64,000 bases of DNA from Heptranchias perlo (Eukaryota), in NCBI RefSeq assembly GCF_035084215.1, contig NW_027139217.1, forward strand, positions 248,001 through 312,000, given 5' to 3'. Position numbers and translations under genes: made by a program. Below are positions 1 to 14,078 of the stretch, piece after piece. How positions within the stretch are numbered: position 1 is the first letter of the stretch; each line of letters opens with the position of its first letter. A model generated the notes under the pieces. That model worked only from the letters and a program-made list of their open reading frames with translations. It did not search any database and was not told where the DNA came from.

Positions 1-1315
1 AACCAGCGAAAAGCATTTCCCAACCAGAATCCGCCCCCAGCAGGTTCAATAAATGAAATCCCATTGGACAATATCCCATGGGGGGAACGACCCCGGTGTT
101 GGGACGATGAGCCCTTCCCCCGAGCTCCATCGTCATCACCAGAGAGAAGGGGCCGACAGCAATTGAGAGGGAGACGACTATCTCTCCCTGCCCAGGATGT
201 CATTAAAGGGGAAGCGATCCTGGGGACAACCCTTATGAGGTTCCGAAGGGAAAGAGAGGGAGGATCAGGGATTAACAAAGAACAGCCATTACTGCCCGTG
301 TTTTCTCTTTCTCCTGATGTGTAGACTGTTAAAGACCAAGTCTCCTGGGGTGGCTGTTCAACATGAAACGATCAACACTTCTCAATATCTCCATCTGGGT
401 CTACGGATACACAACGTCCTAAGTCAGACCACTTCTGCCCACTGGGACTCTCCACAACTGATACACCCCCCAAATGTTTGGAGATCATGAAGGGTGGAGA
501 TTGTTTATAACATTGGACAATATCCGTGGGTCAGGATCACATCGATGTTGTTATTGATAATTCAGATTGGACTGGTGATTGTTGCACTCGGGATTTTTAA
601 ATCGACCTGACACAGACAGAGACAAATAGTCCCTGCTCGACAACAAGTGGAAATGGAACGGTGATATGGCTTCCACCAATGATCATCCTTTGTCTAATGT
701 CCTGTTAGATACTGCACAAGTGTGAGTATCCGTTCGTTCAGACTGTACGAGCACTCGACAATCAGCGATGATCAGATCACTCATTAAAAGTGGATCTGGA
801 TCAATCTGATCCACTCGAGGAGGGAGTGTCGAGATTGATGAATAAAAGGACTGAAGGGAAATGTTGAAGGTCAGCATGCTGGTGCATCATGGGATATTTG
901 ACCATGTTGTGCTCCACTGTGTTGAGCGAGAGACATTCTTTGTAAATTTAACAGTGACCTTGTCTTCGAGCGATCCTGTGGAAACTTAATGTGGGACAGA
1001 AACCGCCTACGAGGAAGAAGAGCTCAGACGCGTGTGGGGGAACCTCCAGAGATGGAGGGAGCTGATCACTCCTTGATTCTGGGTGCAGTACAGTCCGAAC
1101 AAAGGTTGCATGGATTTGGCCACTGAATGATATTGTAAATTTAGTTACTGAGTTTTGTTAAACTCTGTAATCGAAATTGGGATTGTGTATTGAGTATTTA
1201 TTTTTGTTTTAATAAAGTGAACAAAAAGGGAAGTACTCTTTGCGTCTGACTAATTTTATCTCTAAGTTTATCTAAGTTGAGCCGAGCCTCACAGGGTTAA
1301 TGGGAAACTCCGACA
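1..1315 (+). mobile_element. 3' end of the paralogous ERV-like element, with 3' LTR at 1053-1315
   Basis: Duplicate of 44540-45889; the LTR is 35 bp shorter through deletions. Confidence 0.85.
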
Positions 1316-1510
1316 CTGGGGATTGACTCTGGGCCCTGCCTGGTGTGTGACTCAGAGAGTTCACCCAGTCAGTAGCTGAGCCCAGGGACAATCCCCAGTC
1401 TGCAATCCCCCATCGGAGAACTCATCTCTTCCCCTTTCTGTTCCTCACTATCACCCGTCACTAATCACAAAACACACACTTACTGAGTTTTCCTCCACAT
1501 TTATTTCCAG

Positions 1511-1545
1511 ATGTTAAACTTCTCACATTTGAGGTGTTGAAATAA
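1511..1545 (+). CDS. Paralogous candidate tail exon DVKLLTFEVLK* of the preceding unit's class I gene
   Basis: Duplicate of 46085-46119 with the same acceptor. Confidence 0.3.
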
Positions 1546-2047
1546 CGTGACTCTTAAAACATACAAAGATACGAGAAATGACGGCCAGGAAAAGACACTC
1601 TGGTCCATCAAGCCTGACCCACAACTACCAAGCCTTGTGTATCACAATATATCGACTCCCCACCCCACCCGAGACCACGTGATCTCCTGGGAGAGGCAGA
1701 AAAACAGATTAAAAACACAGGCAATTTGGGGAAATAAATCGGGGAAATTCCTCTCCGACCCCCTTAGGCGATGGGAACTCGTCCAGGAGATCACTCTGGC
1801 CCTGATACGGCCCTGCATTACAAGGCGATTGCTTTTCCACTCCTACTCTGCGGACACCATCTGAACACAGGGTCTCGGAGCCTGGTCTCCGACCATCTCC
1901 AGTCCAGCTCTGTCCCAGCAGACACTCCCTGAACATTCGGCAATGATTGAAACCAGTCGGTGGATTGTCCAGAGTTCCCACTTCCGTCTCGTGACAGCTT
2001 GAACAAAAACTCTCCCAATCTTTCTTTTAAAGTGTTTACTGTAATAT

Positions 2048-2632
2048 CCTTTAATCCACCGGGATCTGATCCCATTCCATTAATTCACCGGGATCTGATC
2101 CCATTCCATTAATTCACCGGGATCTGATCCCATTCCATTAATTCACCGGGTTCTGATCCCATTCCTTTAAATCAACGGGATCTGATCCCATTCCATTAAT
2201 TCACCAGGATCTGATCCCGTTCCATTAATTCACTGGGATCTGATCCCATTCCTTTAATTCACCGGGATCTGATCCCATTCCTTTAATTTACTGGGATCTG
2301 ATCCCATTCCTTTAATTCACTGGGATCTGATCCCATTCCTTTAATTCACCGGGATCTGATCCCACTCCTTTAATTCACCGGGATCTGATCCCATTCCTTT
2401 AATTCACCGGGATCTGATCCCATTCCTTTAATTCACCGGGATCTGATCCCACTCCTTTAATTCACCGGGATCTGATCCCATTCCTTTAATTCACCGGGAT
2501 CTGATCCCATTCCTTTAATTCACCGGGATCTGATCCCATTCCATTCATTCACCGGGATCTGATCCCATTCCTTTAATTCACTGGGATCTGATCCCATTCC
2601 ATTAATTCACCGGGATCTGATCCCGTTCCTTT
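2048..2632. repeat. 29-bp minisatellite (copy B at 46620-47522 is longer)
   Basis: Unit gggatctgatcccattcctttaattcacc. Confidence 0.95.
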
Positions 2633-2901
2633 CGGCCGTGCTGTGCTCAGTGGATTGGAATTCAGTTACTGAGCCAGCAATGATTGGATGGAACATCAGC
2701 TCCTGACCATTGACGGGCCGAATGGGGCAGAATGTGAATCTAATCATCGGGATCTTTCCCATTTGTTGGGAATCTCTTCAAGCGTGAACTCCTTTTTGAG
2801 ACATTTTTTAGACCGCCTAAATTTGGAGGGCCGACCACATGTTTTTCCACAAACTCCCCGGCTCCCGTACAGTGTTCACTTTTAGCACAACCCAGAACTC
2901 A

Positions 2902-3066
2902 ATCAGGGTGGGTTACAGAGCAGGAGAGTGTGGGTCACCCACTGGTCAGGGTGGGTTACAGAGCAGGAGAGTGTGGGTCACCCACTGGTCAGGGTGGGTT
3001 CCAGAGCAGGAGAGTGTGGGTCACCCACTGGTCAGGGTGGGTTACAGAGCAGGAGAGTGCGGGTCA
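2902..3066. repeat. 43-bp tandem repeat, ~3.7 copies (copy B ~47795-47959)
   Basis: Unit ggtcagggtgggttacagagcaggagagtgtgggtcacccact. Confidence 0.9.
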
Positions 3067-3099
3067 TACTGTCTGTCTGGAGACACACTGAGACCCCCA

Positions 3100-4745
3100 C
3101 ACCCAGTCTGAAAGTGGATAATGTCCTATTGGACCGTTCACACCTCGGGCCTGTTGAAATGCCAAGTGAACCCACCCTTGTCCACTGGTCCAGAAGCCCG
3201 TTGATCCTGAATGAGGCCTCCCGCCCATATGTCGAAGCATTATCTGAAGAGCCTGATGGCTGTAGCCCAACCCCTGGAGAACACTGTGCTCCCAGGACAA
3301 CCAGCTCGAGTTCAGATGCTGTGACAAAGGAGACCTGTGGAAACATTACTGGTGGAGCGAGGCTCAACTGGAGAAATATCCCCACCAGTTGGTCCTTCTG
3401 GATGACGAAACTGACTGTGACTCTCACTCACTCTCTCAGTGTGGATGGGAGAAGACCCTGATCTCACCTATCAGTTCACCCACTGGTAGATAGTTCCTCT
3501 GGTGGTCAAACCAAACCACATTGTGAAAACACAGAGACTCAAGCTGCTAATGCCGAGGATTCTCACTACTCCTGGTCTCCTGGACCCAAGTGTCCAGAGT
3601 GATCCACGTCCACATGGAAGGACTGGAAATGGCCCACCATCCAGATCTGTGGTGGGCTATCAAGGCAGGAATCACTGCTTGGGGAGGTGGAGCTGGACAG
3701 GGTCTCGAAGGTTACTTGTTGTGATCTCCCTGTATTCCAGGTCCTAATCTGGAATGACGGGCTGGCCTGGAACAAAGGACATTGGGGTCCGGTTAAAGCC
3801 TTGAAAAGGCTGCTGTCCCTGAAGGGGTCTCTAGATGGGGGGTGGGCTAAGCTACAAAGTGAGACTGTGCCCCCTTGGGTGCCAATCTGGGAGTGCCTGA
3901 AGGTTCTGCTGGAGATGCTTGTTGCCCTGCAGCAGCTCCTCCACTTGCTCACCACAGAAGCCCTCAGCATCGAATGGCAGCTGCAGTCGTTGCTGCTCCA
4001 GTTCCTGAAGGAACCCCAAGGTGCACAGACAAGCTAATTGGCGATACAAGATCCACTGGACGATGGACAGTGCTCCTACATCGAGGGCACACACACGGCC
4101 TGCTGCTGCAGTGATGCTCTCTGAAGGTGGTCCTCACTCTGTGGCAGGGATTCCTCCCTCAACTCACCTGCGAGACATTAACCTGCTGATAATAAAGCCG
4201 GCCCCAGTGGATTTGGTTCAGGGAACACGGGATATGCCCCAAACCCTGCAGGAAGGTCCACCAGACCCACATGTCCCACCATTTGGATTGTGGTGGGTGG
4301 AACAGGACCAGTTTCCTGGGCGGTGACCTTCCTTCTGATGTTTTCAGGACTGAAGTTCACCAGGGGGATCAGTGAACTGCAAGGTGTGACGCAGGGTGGT
4401 GGAGGCACTATGGACACTGTCCACCTTGGCCATAACCGGAGGCTGCTTATCAAGTCTGCCCAAACTGCCCTGGAGATTGGTGGGACGAATCCAGCAAAGG
4501 TCGGTGCCAGAGGCCTTTACAAGACCCCCAGTAAAGACTCAACCCCCCGGGTGCAGGGACTTGTGGAACTGAGAGTTTCAGACTCTGGGTCACACTTGTG
4601 TTGAAGAGATGAAGAAGCCTCAGTGACTGGAGGTCGTGGTCTGAATCAGGCTCCCAACTGGGCTTCCGAAGGTGGGAAGCCTCCGGGCAGCTTCCTCGGG
4701 CTGAACCGACAGGGCGGCTACATCAGCACCGAGTTCATGAACACA
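3100..4745 (-). mobile_element. Probable decayed DIRS-like retrotransposon fragment
   Basis: LQLPFDAEGFCGEQVEELL (gag-like), VGHFQSF..WITLDTWVQE (RT N-terminus-like) and ELELVVL...SDNAST (RNase H-like) in DIRS order; recognised by eye only. Confidence 0.45.
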
Positions 4746-4749
4746 AGGG

Positions 4750-7700
4750 CTGATCGAGTTACACCCTGGAGACATGAGCCCTGTCACTCTGAGACTACTG
4801 AACGAGTTAAACCGTGGAGACATGAGCCCTGTCACTCTGAGAGTACTGATCGAGTTAAACCCTGGAGACATGAGCCCTGTCACTCTGAGAGTACTGATCG
4901 AGTTACACCCTGGAGACATGAGCCCTGTCACTCTGAGAGTACTGATCGAGTTAAACCCTGGAGACATGAGCCGTGTCACTCTGAGAGTACTGATCGAGTT
5001 AAACCCTGGAGACATGAGCCCTGTCACTCTGAGAGTACTGATCGAGTTAAACCCTGGAGACATGAGCCCTGTCACTCTGAGAGTACTGATCGAGTTAAAC
5101 CCTGGAGACATGAGCCGTGTCACTCTGAGAGTACTGATCGAGTTAAACCCTGGAGACATGAGCACTGTCACTCTGAGAGTACTGATCGAGTTACACCCTG
5201 GAGACATGAGCCCTGTCACTCTGAGTACTGATCGAGTTAAACCCTGGAGACATGAGCCCTGTCACTCTGAGAGTACTGATCGAGTTAAACCCTGGAGACA
5301 TGAGCCCTGTCACTCTGAGAGTACTGATCGAGTTACACCCTGGAGACATGAACCGTGTCACTCTGAGAGTACTGATCGAGTTAAACCGTGGAGACATGAG
5401 CCCTGTCACTCTGAGAGTACTGATCGAGTTAAACCGTGGAGACATGAGCCCTGTCACTCTGAGAGTACTGATCGAGTTAAACCCTGGAGACATGAGCCCT
5501 GTCACTCTGAGAGTACTGATCGAGTTAAACCCTGGAGACATGAGCCGTGTCACTCTGAGAGTACTGATCGAGTTAAACCCTGGAGACATGAGCCCTGTCA
5601 CTCTGAGAGTACTGATCGAGTTAAACCCTGGAGACATGAGCCCTGTCACTCTGAGAGTACTGATCGAGTTAAACCCTGGAGACATGAGCCCTGTCACTCT
5701 GAGTACTGATCGAGTTAAACCCTGGAGACATGAGCCCTGTCACTCTGAGAGTACTGATCGAGTTAAACCGTGGAGACATGAGCCCTGTCACTCTGAGAGT
5801 ACTGATCGAGTTAAACCCTGGAGACATGAGCTCTGTCACTCAGAGTACTGATCGAGTTAAACCGTGGAGACATGAGCCCTGTCACTCTGAGAGTACTGAT
5901 CGAGTTAAACCCTGGAGACATGAGACCTGTCACTCTGAGAGTACTGATCGAGTTAAACCCTCGAGACATGAGCCCTGTCACTCTGAGAGTACTGATTGAG
6001 TTAAACCCTGGAGACATGAGCCGTGTCACTCTGAGAGTACTGATCGAGTTAAACCCTGGAGACATGAGCCCTGTCACTCAGAGTACTGATCGAGTTAAAC
6101 CCTGGAGAGATGAGCCCTGTCACTCTGAGTACTGATCGAGTTAAACCCTGGAGACATGAGCCCCGTCACTCTGAGAGTACTGATCGAGTTAAACCCTGGA
6201 GACATGAGCCCTGTCACTCTGAGTACTGATCGAGTTAAACCCTGGAGACATGAGCCCTGTCACTCTGAGAGTACTGATCGAGTTAAACCCTGGAGACATG
6301 AGCCCTGTCACTCTGAGAGTACAGATCGAGTTAAACCCTGGAGACATGAGCCCTGTCACTCTGAGAGTACTGATCGAGTTAAACCCTGGAGACATGAGCC
6401 CTGTCACTCTGAGAGTACTGATCGAGTTAAACCCTGGAGACATGAGCCCTGTCACTCTGAGAGTACTGATCGAGTTACACCCTGGAGACATGAGCCCTGT
6501 CACTCTGAGTACTGATCGAGTTAAACCCTCGAGACATGAGCCCTGTCACTCTGAGAGTACTGATCGAGTTAAACCCTGGAGACATGAGTCGTGTCACTCA
6601 GAGTACTGATCGAGTTAAACCCTGGAGACATGAGCCCTGTAACTCTGAGAGTACTGATCGAGTTAAACCCTGGAGACATGAGCCCTGTCACTCTGAGAGT
6701 ACTGATCGAGTTAAACCCTGGAGACATGAGCCCTGTCACTCTGGGAGTACTGATCGAGTTAAACCGTGGAGACATGAGCCCTGTCACTCTGAGAGTACTG
6801 ATCGAGTTAAACCCTGGAGACATGAGCACTGTCACTCTGAGAGTACTGATCGAGTTACACCCTGGAGACATGAACCGTGTCACTCTGAGAGTACTGATCG
6901 AGTTAAACCGTGGAGACATGAGCCCTGTCACTCTGAGAGTACTGATCGAGTTAAACCGTGGAGACATGAGCCCTGTCACTCCGAGAGTACTGATTGAGTT
7001 AAACCCTGGAGACATGAGCCCTGTCACTCTGAGAGTACTGATCGAGTTAAACCCTGGAGACATGAGCCCTGTCACACTGAGTACTGATCGAGTTAAACCC
7101 TCGAGACATGAGCCCTGTCACTCTGAGAGTACTGATCGAGTTAAACCCTGGAGACATGAGCCGTGTCACTCTGAGAGTACTGATCGAGTTACACCCTGGA
7201 GACATGAGCCGTGTCACTCTGAGAGTACTGATCGAGTTAAACCGTGGAGACATGAGCCCTGTCACTCTGAGAGTACTGATCGAGTTAAACCCTGGAGACA
7301 TGAGCCCTGTCACTCTGAGAGTACTGATCGAGTTAAACCCTGGAGACATGAGCCCTGTCACTCTGAGAGTACTGATCGAGTTAAACCCTGGAGACATGAG
7401 CCCTGTCACTCTGAGAGTACTGATCGAGTTAAACCCTGGAGACATGAGCCCTGTCACTCTGAGAGTACTGATCGAGTTAAACCCTGGAGACATGAGCCCT
7501 GTCACTCTGAGAGTACTGATCGAGTTAAACCCGAGAGACATGAGCCTTGTCACTCTGAGAGTACTGATCGAGTTAAACCCTGGAGACATGAGCCCTGTCA
7601 CTCTGAGAGTACTGATCGAGTTAAACCCTGGAGACATGAGCCCTGTCACTCTGAGAGTACTGATCGAGTTAAACCCTGGAGACATGAGCCCTGTCACTCT

Positions 7701-8347
7701 GATTACTGATCGAGTTAAACCCGAGAGACATGAGCCCTGTCACTCTGAGAGTACTGATCGAGTTACACCCTGGAGACATGAGCCCTGTCACTCTGAGAGT
7801 ACTGATCGAGTTAAACCCTGGAGACATGAGCCCTGTCACTCTGAGAGTACTGATCGAGTTAAACCCTGGAGACATGAGCCCTGTCACTCTGAGAGTACTG
7901 ATCGAGTTAAACCCTGGAGACATGAGCCCTGTCACTCTGAGAGGACTGATCGAGTTAAACCCTGGAGACATGAGCCCTGTCACTCTGAGAGTACTGATCG
8001 AGTTAAACCGTGGAGACATGAGCCCTGTCACTCTGAGTACTGATCGAGTTAAACCGTGGAGACATGAGCCCTGTCACTCTGAGAGTACTGATTGAGTTAA
8101 ACCCTGGAGACATGAGCCCTGTCACTCTGAGAGTACTGATCGAGTTAAACCCTGGAGACATGAGCCCTGTCACTCTGAGAGTACTGATCGAGTTAAACCC
8201 TGGAGACATGAGCCCTGTCACTCTGAGAGTACTGATCGAGTTACACCCTGGAGACATGAGCCCTGTCACTCTGAGTACTGATTGAGTTACACCCTGGAGA
8301 CATGAGCCCTGTCACTCTGAGTACTGATTGAGTTAAACCCTGGAGAC
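4750..8347. repeat. 48/46-bp minisatellite, ~75 units
   Basis: Unit gatcgagttaaaccctggagacatgagccctgtcactctgagagtact. Confidence 0.97.
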
Positions 8348-8574
8348 CCTGTAAACTGTAATGACCACACTTGGTGCAGCCGAGATCAGCACAGAGACTG
8401 AACTTGGAGTGTTGCTGGTCTGTTGAGCTCAGTCACACGCTGCATTGTGCACTTACCGACTGAAGGACTGTGTGAGCTCGCAGAACAGGTACCCAGCAGA
8501 CCTTTGGAGAAATTGCTCAGATGCCCTGTCACTCTGAGTCATTCTGTTTTTTGGTCAGCCGGGTGTCTGACCGA

Positions 8575-11500
8575 ATTTATTTAATGATGTAGCTTCCACA
8601 GCTTCCTGGGGCAGCAAATTCCACAGACCTACTACCCTCTGAGTGAAGAAGTTTCTCCTTATCTCAGTTTTGAAAGAACAACCCCTTGTTCTAAGATTAT
8701 GCCCCTAGTTCTAGTTTCACCCATCCTTGGGAACATCCTTACCACATCCACCCGATCAAGCCCCTTCACAATCTTATATGTTTCAATAAGATCGCCTCTC
8801 AATCTTCTGAACTCCAATAAGTGGAGTCCCAATCTACTCAACCTCTCCTCATATGTCCGCCCCCTCATCCCAGGGATTAACCGAGTGAACCTTCTTTGTA
8901 CTGCCTCGAGAGCAAGTATGTCTTTTCTTAAGTATGGAGACCAAAACTGTATGCAGTATTCCAGGTGCGGTCTCACCAATACCTTATATAACTGCAGCAA
9001 TACCTCCCTGTTTCTTTATTCTATCCCCCAAGCAATAAAAGCCAACATTCCGTTGGCCTTCTTGATCACCTGCTGCACCTGCATACTAACTTTTTGATTT
9101 TCTTGCACTAAGACCCCCAGATCCCTTTGTACTGCAGTACTTTCCAGTTTCTCGCCATTAAGATAATAACTTGCTCTCTGATTTTTCCTGCCAAAGTGCA
9201 TAACCTCACATTTTCCAATATTATATTGCATCTGCCAAATCTCCGCCCACTCACCCAGCCTGTCTATATCCCCCTGTAGGTTTTTTATGTCCTCCTCACT
9301 CTCCACTTTCCCTCCCATCTTTGTATCATCTGCAAACTTTGATATGTTACACTCGGTCACCTCCTCCAAATCGTTAATATAGATTGTAAAGAGTTGGGGA
9401 CCCAGCACCGACCCCTGCGGAACACCACTGGCTACTGGTTACCAGTCCGAGGATGAACCATTTATCCCAACTCTCTGCTTCCTGTTAGATAACCAATCCT
9501 CCACCCATGCCAGAATATTACCCCCAATCCAGTGATTCTTTATCTTGAGCAATAATCTTTTATGTGGCACCTTGTCAAATGCCTTCTGGAAGTCTAAATG
9601 CACTACGTCCACTGGTTCCCCTTTATCCACCCTGTACGTTATGTCCTCAAAGAACTCAAGCAAATTTGTCAGACATGACTTCCCCTTCGTAAAGCCATGC
9701 TGACTTTGTCCTATTAAATTATGTTTATCCAAATGTTCCACTACTGTCTCCTTAATAATAGATTCCAAAATTTTACCCACCACAGATGTTCGGCTAACTG
9801 GTCTGTAATTTCCAGCCTTCTGCCCACTCCCATTTTAAATAAGGGTGTTACATTGGCAGTTTTCCAATCTGCCGGGACCTTTGCCGAGTCCAGAGAATTT
9901 TGGAAAATTATTACCAAAGCATCCACAATCCCTACTGCCACTTCCCTCAAGACCCTAGGATGTAAGCCATCAGGTCCAGGGGATTTATCCGCCTTGAGTC
10001 CCATTATTTTACTGAGTACCAATTCCTTAGTGATTTTAATCGTATTTAGCTCCTCCCCCCCTAGTGCCCCCTGTTTGTCCAATGTTGGGATATTCTTAGT
10101 GTCCTCTACCGTAAAGACTGAAACAAAATATTTGTTCAGCATTTTTGCCATCTCCATGTTTCCCACCATTAATTTCCCGGTCTCATCCTCTAAGGGACCT
10201 ATGTTTGCCTTTGCCACCCTTTTTCTTTTTATATAACTATAGAAACTCTTGCTATCTGTTTTTATATTTTTTGCTAATTTATTTTCATAATCTATCTTCC
10301 CTTTCTTAATCAATCCTTTAGTTACTTTTTGCTGTCTTTTGAAGACTTCCCAATCTTCTATCCTCCCACTAAGTTTGGCTACCTTATATGTCCTTGTTTT
10401 TAGTCGGATACTATCCTTAATTTCTTTACTTAGCCACGGATGGCTGTCATTTCTTTTACACCCTTTTTCCTCAGTGGAATATATTCTTTTTGAAAGTTGT
10501 AAAATAACTCCTGAAATGAACACCACTGCTCATGTACCGTCTTACCCTTTAATCTATTTTCCCAGTCCACTTTAATCAATTCCGCTCTCATACCATCACA
10601 GTCTCCTTTATTCAAGCTCAGTACGCTTGTTTGAGAACCAACCTTCTCACCATCTAATTGGATATGGAATGTAACCATGTTATGGTCACTCATTCCAAGG
10701 GGATCCTTAACTAGGACATTATTAATTAATCCTGGCTCATTACACAGGACCAGGTCCAAGGTTGCTTGCCCCCTTGTAGGATCAGTTACATACTGCTCAA
10801 GAAATCCATCCCTAATACACTCTTCCTCAAGGCTGCCCTGCCCAATTTGATTTGTCCAGTTAATATGATAGTTAAAATCCCCCATAATTATAGCTGTTCC
10901 CTTATTACATGCCCCGACTATTTCCTGATTAATACTTCTTCCAGCAGAGTTGCAGCTATTAGGAGGCCTATATACTACGCCCACTAGTGTTTTTTCCCCC
11001 TTATTATTCCTTATCTCTGCCCAAACTGTTTCATTATCCTGATCCTTTGTCCCAATATCATTTCTCTGTGTTACAGTGATTCATTCCTTTATTAACAGAC
11101 CCACCCCACCTCCCCTTCCTTCCTGCCTGTCCTTCCTGATTGTTAAATACCCTGGCATATTTAATTCCCAGTCATTGTCACCCTGCAGCCATGTTTCTGT
11201 AATGGCCACAAGATCATACCCATACGTAGTTATTTGTGCCGTTAACTCGTCCATTTTGTTACGAATGCTACGTGCATTCAGATAAAGAACTTTCAAATAT
11301 GTTTTGTGACACTTAGTTCCTGCTTTTTCCTTTTTTAACACTTTACCTTTTACTCCATACCTTCTGTCCCTTCCTGACACGCTTTCCTCTGTCTCCCTGC
11401 TCAGGTTCCCAACCCCCTGCCACAGCTTTGATGCTGGGTTAATCGCCTTACGCCTTCTAGTTTTTATTTTATCTGTCGTGCCTAATGTACACTTTCTTTC

Positions 11501-13170
11501 CGCTGCTCTACGCTTTTCCCTCTCACTTGTACTTGAACAACTGTTTGTACTATCTGTATTGTAGATTTCCCCTGGGTCTTCCCCTCTCTTGCTGCTCTCA
11601 ACTTTATTCCCTTCTGACTCCCCACTCAGGTTCCCATCCCCCTGCCATTCTAGTTTAAACCTTCCTCAACAGCACTAGCAAACACCCCCGCGAGGACATT
11701 GGTCCCGGTCCTGCTCGGGTGTAATCCGTCACGCTTGTACAGGTCCCACCTTCCCCAGAACCGGTCCCAATGTCCCAGGAATCTAAATCCCTCCCTCCTA
11801 CACCATCCCTGCAGCCACGCATTCATCCAGTCTATTCTCCTGTTCCTATACTCACTAGCACGTGGCACTGGTAGTAATCCTGAGATCACTACCTTTGAAG
11901 TCCTGCTTTTTAATTTCTCTCCTAACTCCTTAAATTCACCTTGCAGGACCTCATCCCTTTTTTTACCTGTGTCGTTGGTACCAATATGGACAATGACTAC
12001 TGGCTGTTCACCCTCCCCCTCCAGAATGCCCTGCAGCCGCTCTGTGACATCCTTGACCCTAGCACCAGGGAGGCACATACCATCCTGGAGTCACGTTTGC
12101 GGCCGCAGAAACACCTATCTGTTCCCCTTACAATCGAATCCCCTATCACTATAGCCCTGCCACTCTTCTTCCTCCCCTCCTGTGGAGCAGAGCCACCCGT
12201 GGTGCCCCGAACCTGGCTCTTGCTGCATTCCCCTGATAAACCATCTCCCCCAACAGTATCTAAAGCAGAATATCTGTTTGAGAGGGAGATGGCCCCAGGG
12301 GACTCCTGCTCTACCTGCCTCGTCCTTTTACTCTGCCTGGCGGTCACCCATTTCCTTTCTGCCTGTGTAATCTTTACCTGCGGTGTGACCACCTCACTGA
12401 ACGTGCTATCCACGATAGTCTCAGCATCGCAGATGCTCCACAGTGAATCCACCCGCAGCTCCAGCTCCGAAATGCGGTTAGCCAGTAGTTGCAGCTGGAC
12501 ACACTTCCTGCACACATGGTCGCCAGGGACACTGGTAGTGTCCATGACTTCCCACATAGTGCAGGAGGAGCATATCACGGGTGCGAGCTGTGCTGCCATG
12601 ACTTGCCTTAGACTCTCAGACTCTCCTCCCGCTCTCGGTCTCTCCTTTTATACTGTGCTCACCTCTCGGACTCTCCTGCTTCACTGGTGACGTCGCACAG
12701 TCGTTGTCTCTTTTTGCAGGTCTGCTGCTGCTTTTATTCCCCAATCTCAGTCTTCTACTCTCAGGCCCACTGCCGCTCTGGGGAAAAAGTTAGGAAAAGC
12801 AAGGCAGAGCAGCACCTCCTTCCACCAACTCCCTCACGTATCAAACTCTCCGTTCACACTGTGTATCCGCACACCGTGCTGTTCGCACTGACAGGCCCCT
12901 GTATTTCTACAGTTTGTGACTCAGATGAGTCAGGCCTGCCCCACCCTCAGGTACCAGTTTAATCTAGCCAACCAATTAACTTGCTACAGCAGCTCTCTCT
13001 GCTGAAGCCTGACAGAAACTTAAAAATTTAAACTTTAAAATTGAACTTAAACAGTTAATAGCAATTGAACTTAAAGAGTTGAAAGCAATATGCACTAGAT
13101 TTTAAAGAGATTAACCCTTAAACTCCCACACGTACCAAACTCTCCATTCACACTGTGTTGTCCGCACATT
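8575..13170 (-). mobile_element. Near-full-length CR1-clade LINE, frameshifted
   Basis: ORF1 with CxxC/CxxC, coiled coil and SGNH esterase motifs (GDSIVRG, HIGTND, DGLH). ORF2 with APE endonuclease (YLNARSI, ITETW, GDFN, SDH) and RT (LDFQKAFDKV, KFADD, LVRPHLEYC). The 3' tail is missing. Confidence 0.95.
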
Positions 13171-14078
13171 CATCAATTGATAATAGATTCATCAATTGAT
13201 ATCAGATTCATCAATTGATATCAGTTTCATCAATTGATATCAGTTTCATTAATTGATATCAGATTCATTAATTGAGATCAGATTCATTAATTGATATCAG
13301 ATTCATTAATTGAGATCAGATTCATTAATTGATACCAGATTCATTAATTGAGATCAGATTCATTAATTGATACCAGATTCATTAATTGAGATCAGATTCA
13401 TTAATTGATATCAGTTTCATTAATTGATATCAGATTCATTAATTGAGATCAGTTTCATTAATTGATATCAGATTCATTAATTGATCAGTTTCATTAATTG
13501 ATCTCAGATTCATTAATTGATACCAGATTCATTAATTGATCAGATTCATTAATTGATATCAGATTCATTAATTGATCAGTTTCATTAATTGATACCAGAT
13601 TCATTAATTGATCAGATTCATTAATTGATATCAGATTCATTAATTGATCAGTTTCATTAATTGATCTCAGATTCATTAATTGATACCAGATTCATTAATT
13701 GATCAGATTCATTAATTGATATCAGATTCATTAATTGATCAGTTTCATTAATTGATACCAGATTCATTAATTGATCAGATTCATTAATTGATATCAGATT
13801 CATTAATTGATCAGTTTCATTAATTGATCTCAGATTCATTAATTGATACCAGATTCATTAATTGATCAGATTCATTAATTGAGATCAGATTCATTAATTG
13901 ATCAGTTTCATTAATTGATACCAGATTCATTAATTGATACCAGATTCATTAATTGATACCAGATTCATTAATTGACCAGATTCATTAATTGATACCAGAT
14001 TCATTAATTGACCAGATTCATTAATTGATACCAGATTCATTAATTGATCAGATTCATTAATTGATACCAGATTCATTA
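13168..14078. repeat. AT-rich 17/19-bp minisatellite (copy B 58555-59650)
   Basis: Unit attcattaattgatatcag and variants. Confidence 0.95.

Noticed and set aside
4620-8347. Long periodic ORFs (STDRVKPWRHEPCHSE) and a CRISPR-like appearance
   Set aside because: Pure 48/46-bp tandem repeat with no unique spacers; frames shift at every 46-mer; vertebrate context with no cas genes.
8575-13170. Active autonomous LINE
   Set aside because: Frameshifts in ORF1 and ORF2 are shared by both copies and the 3' tail is missing.
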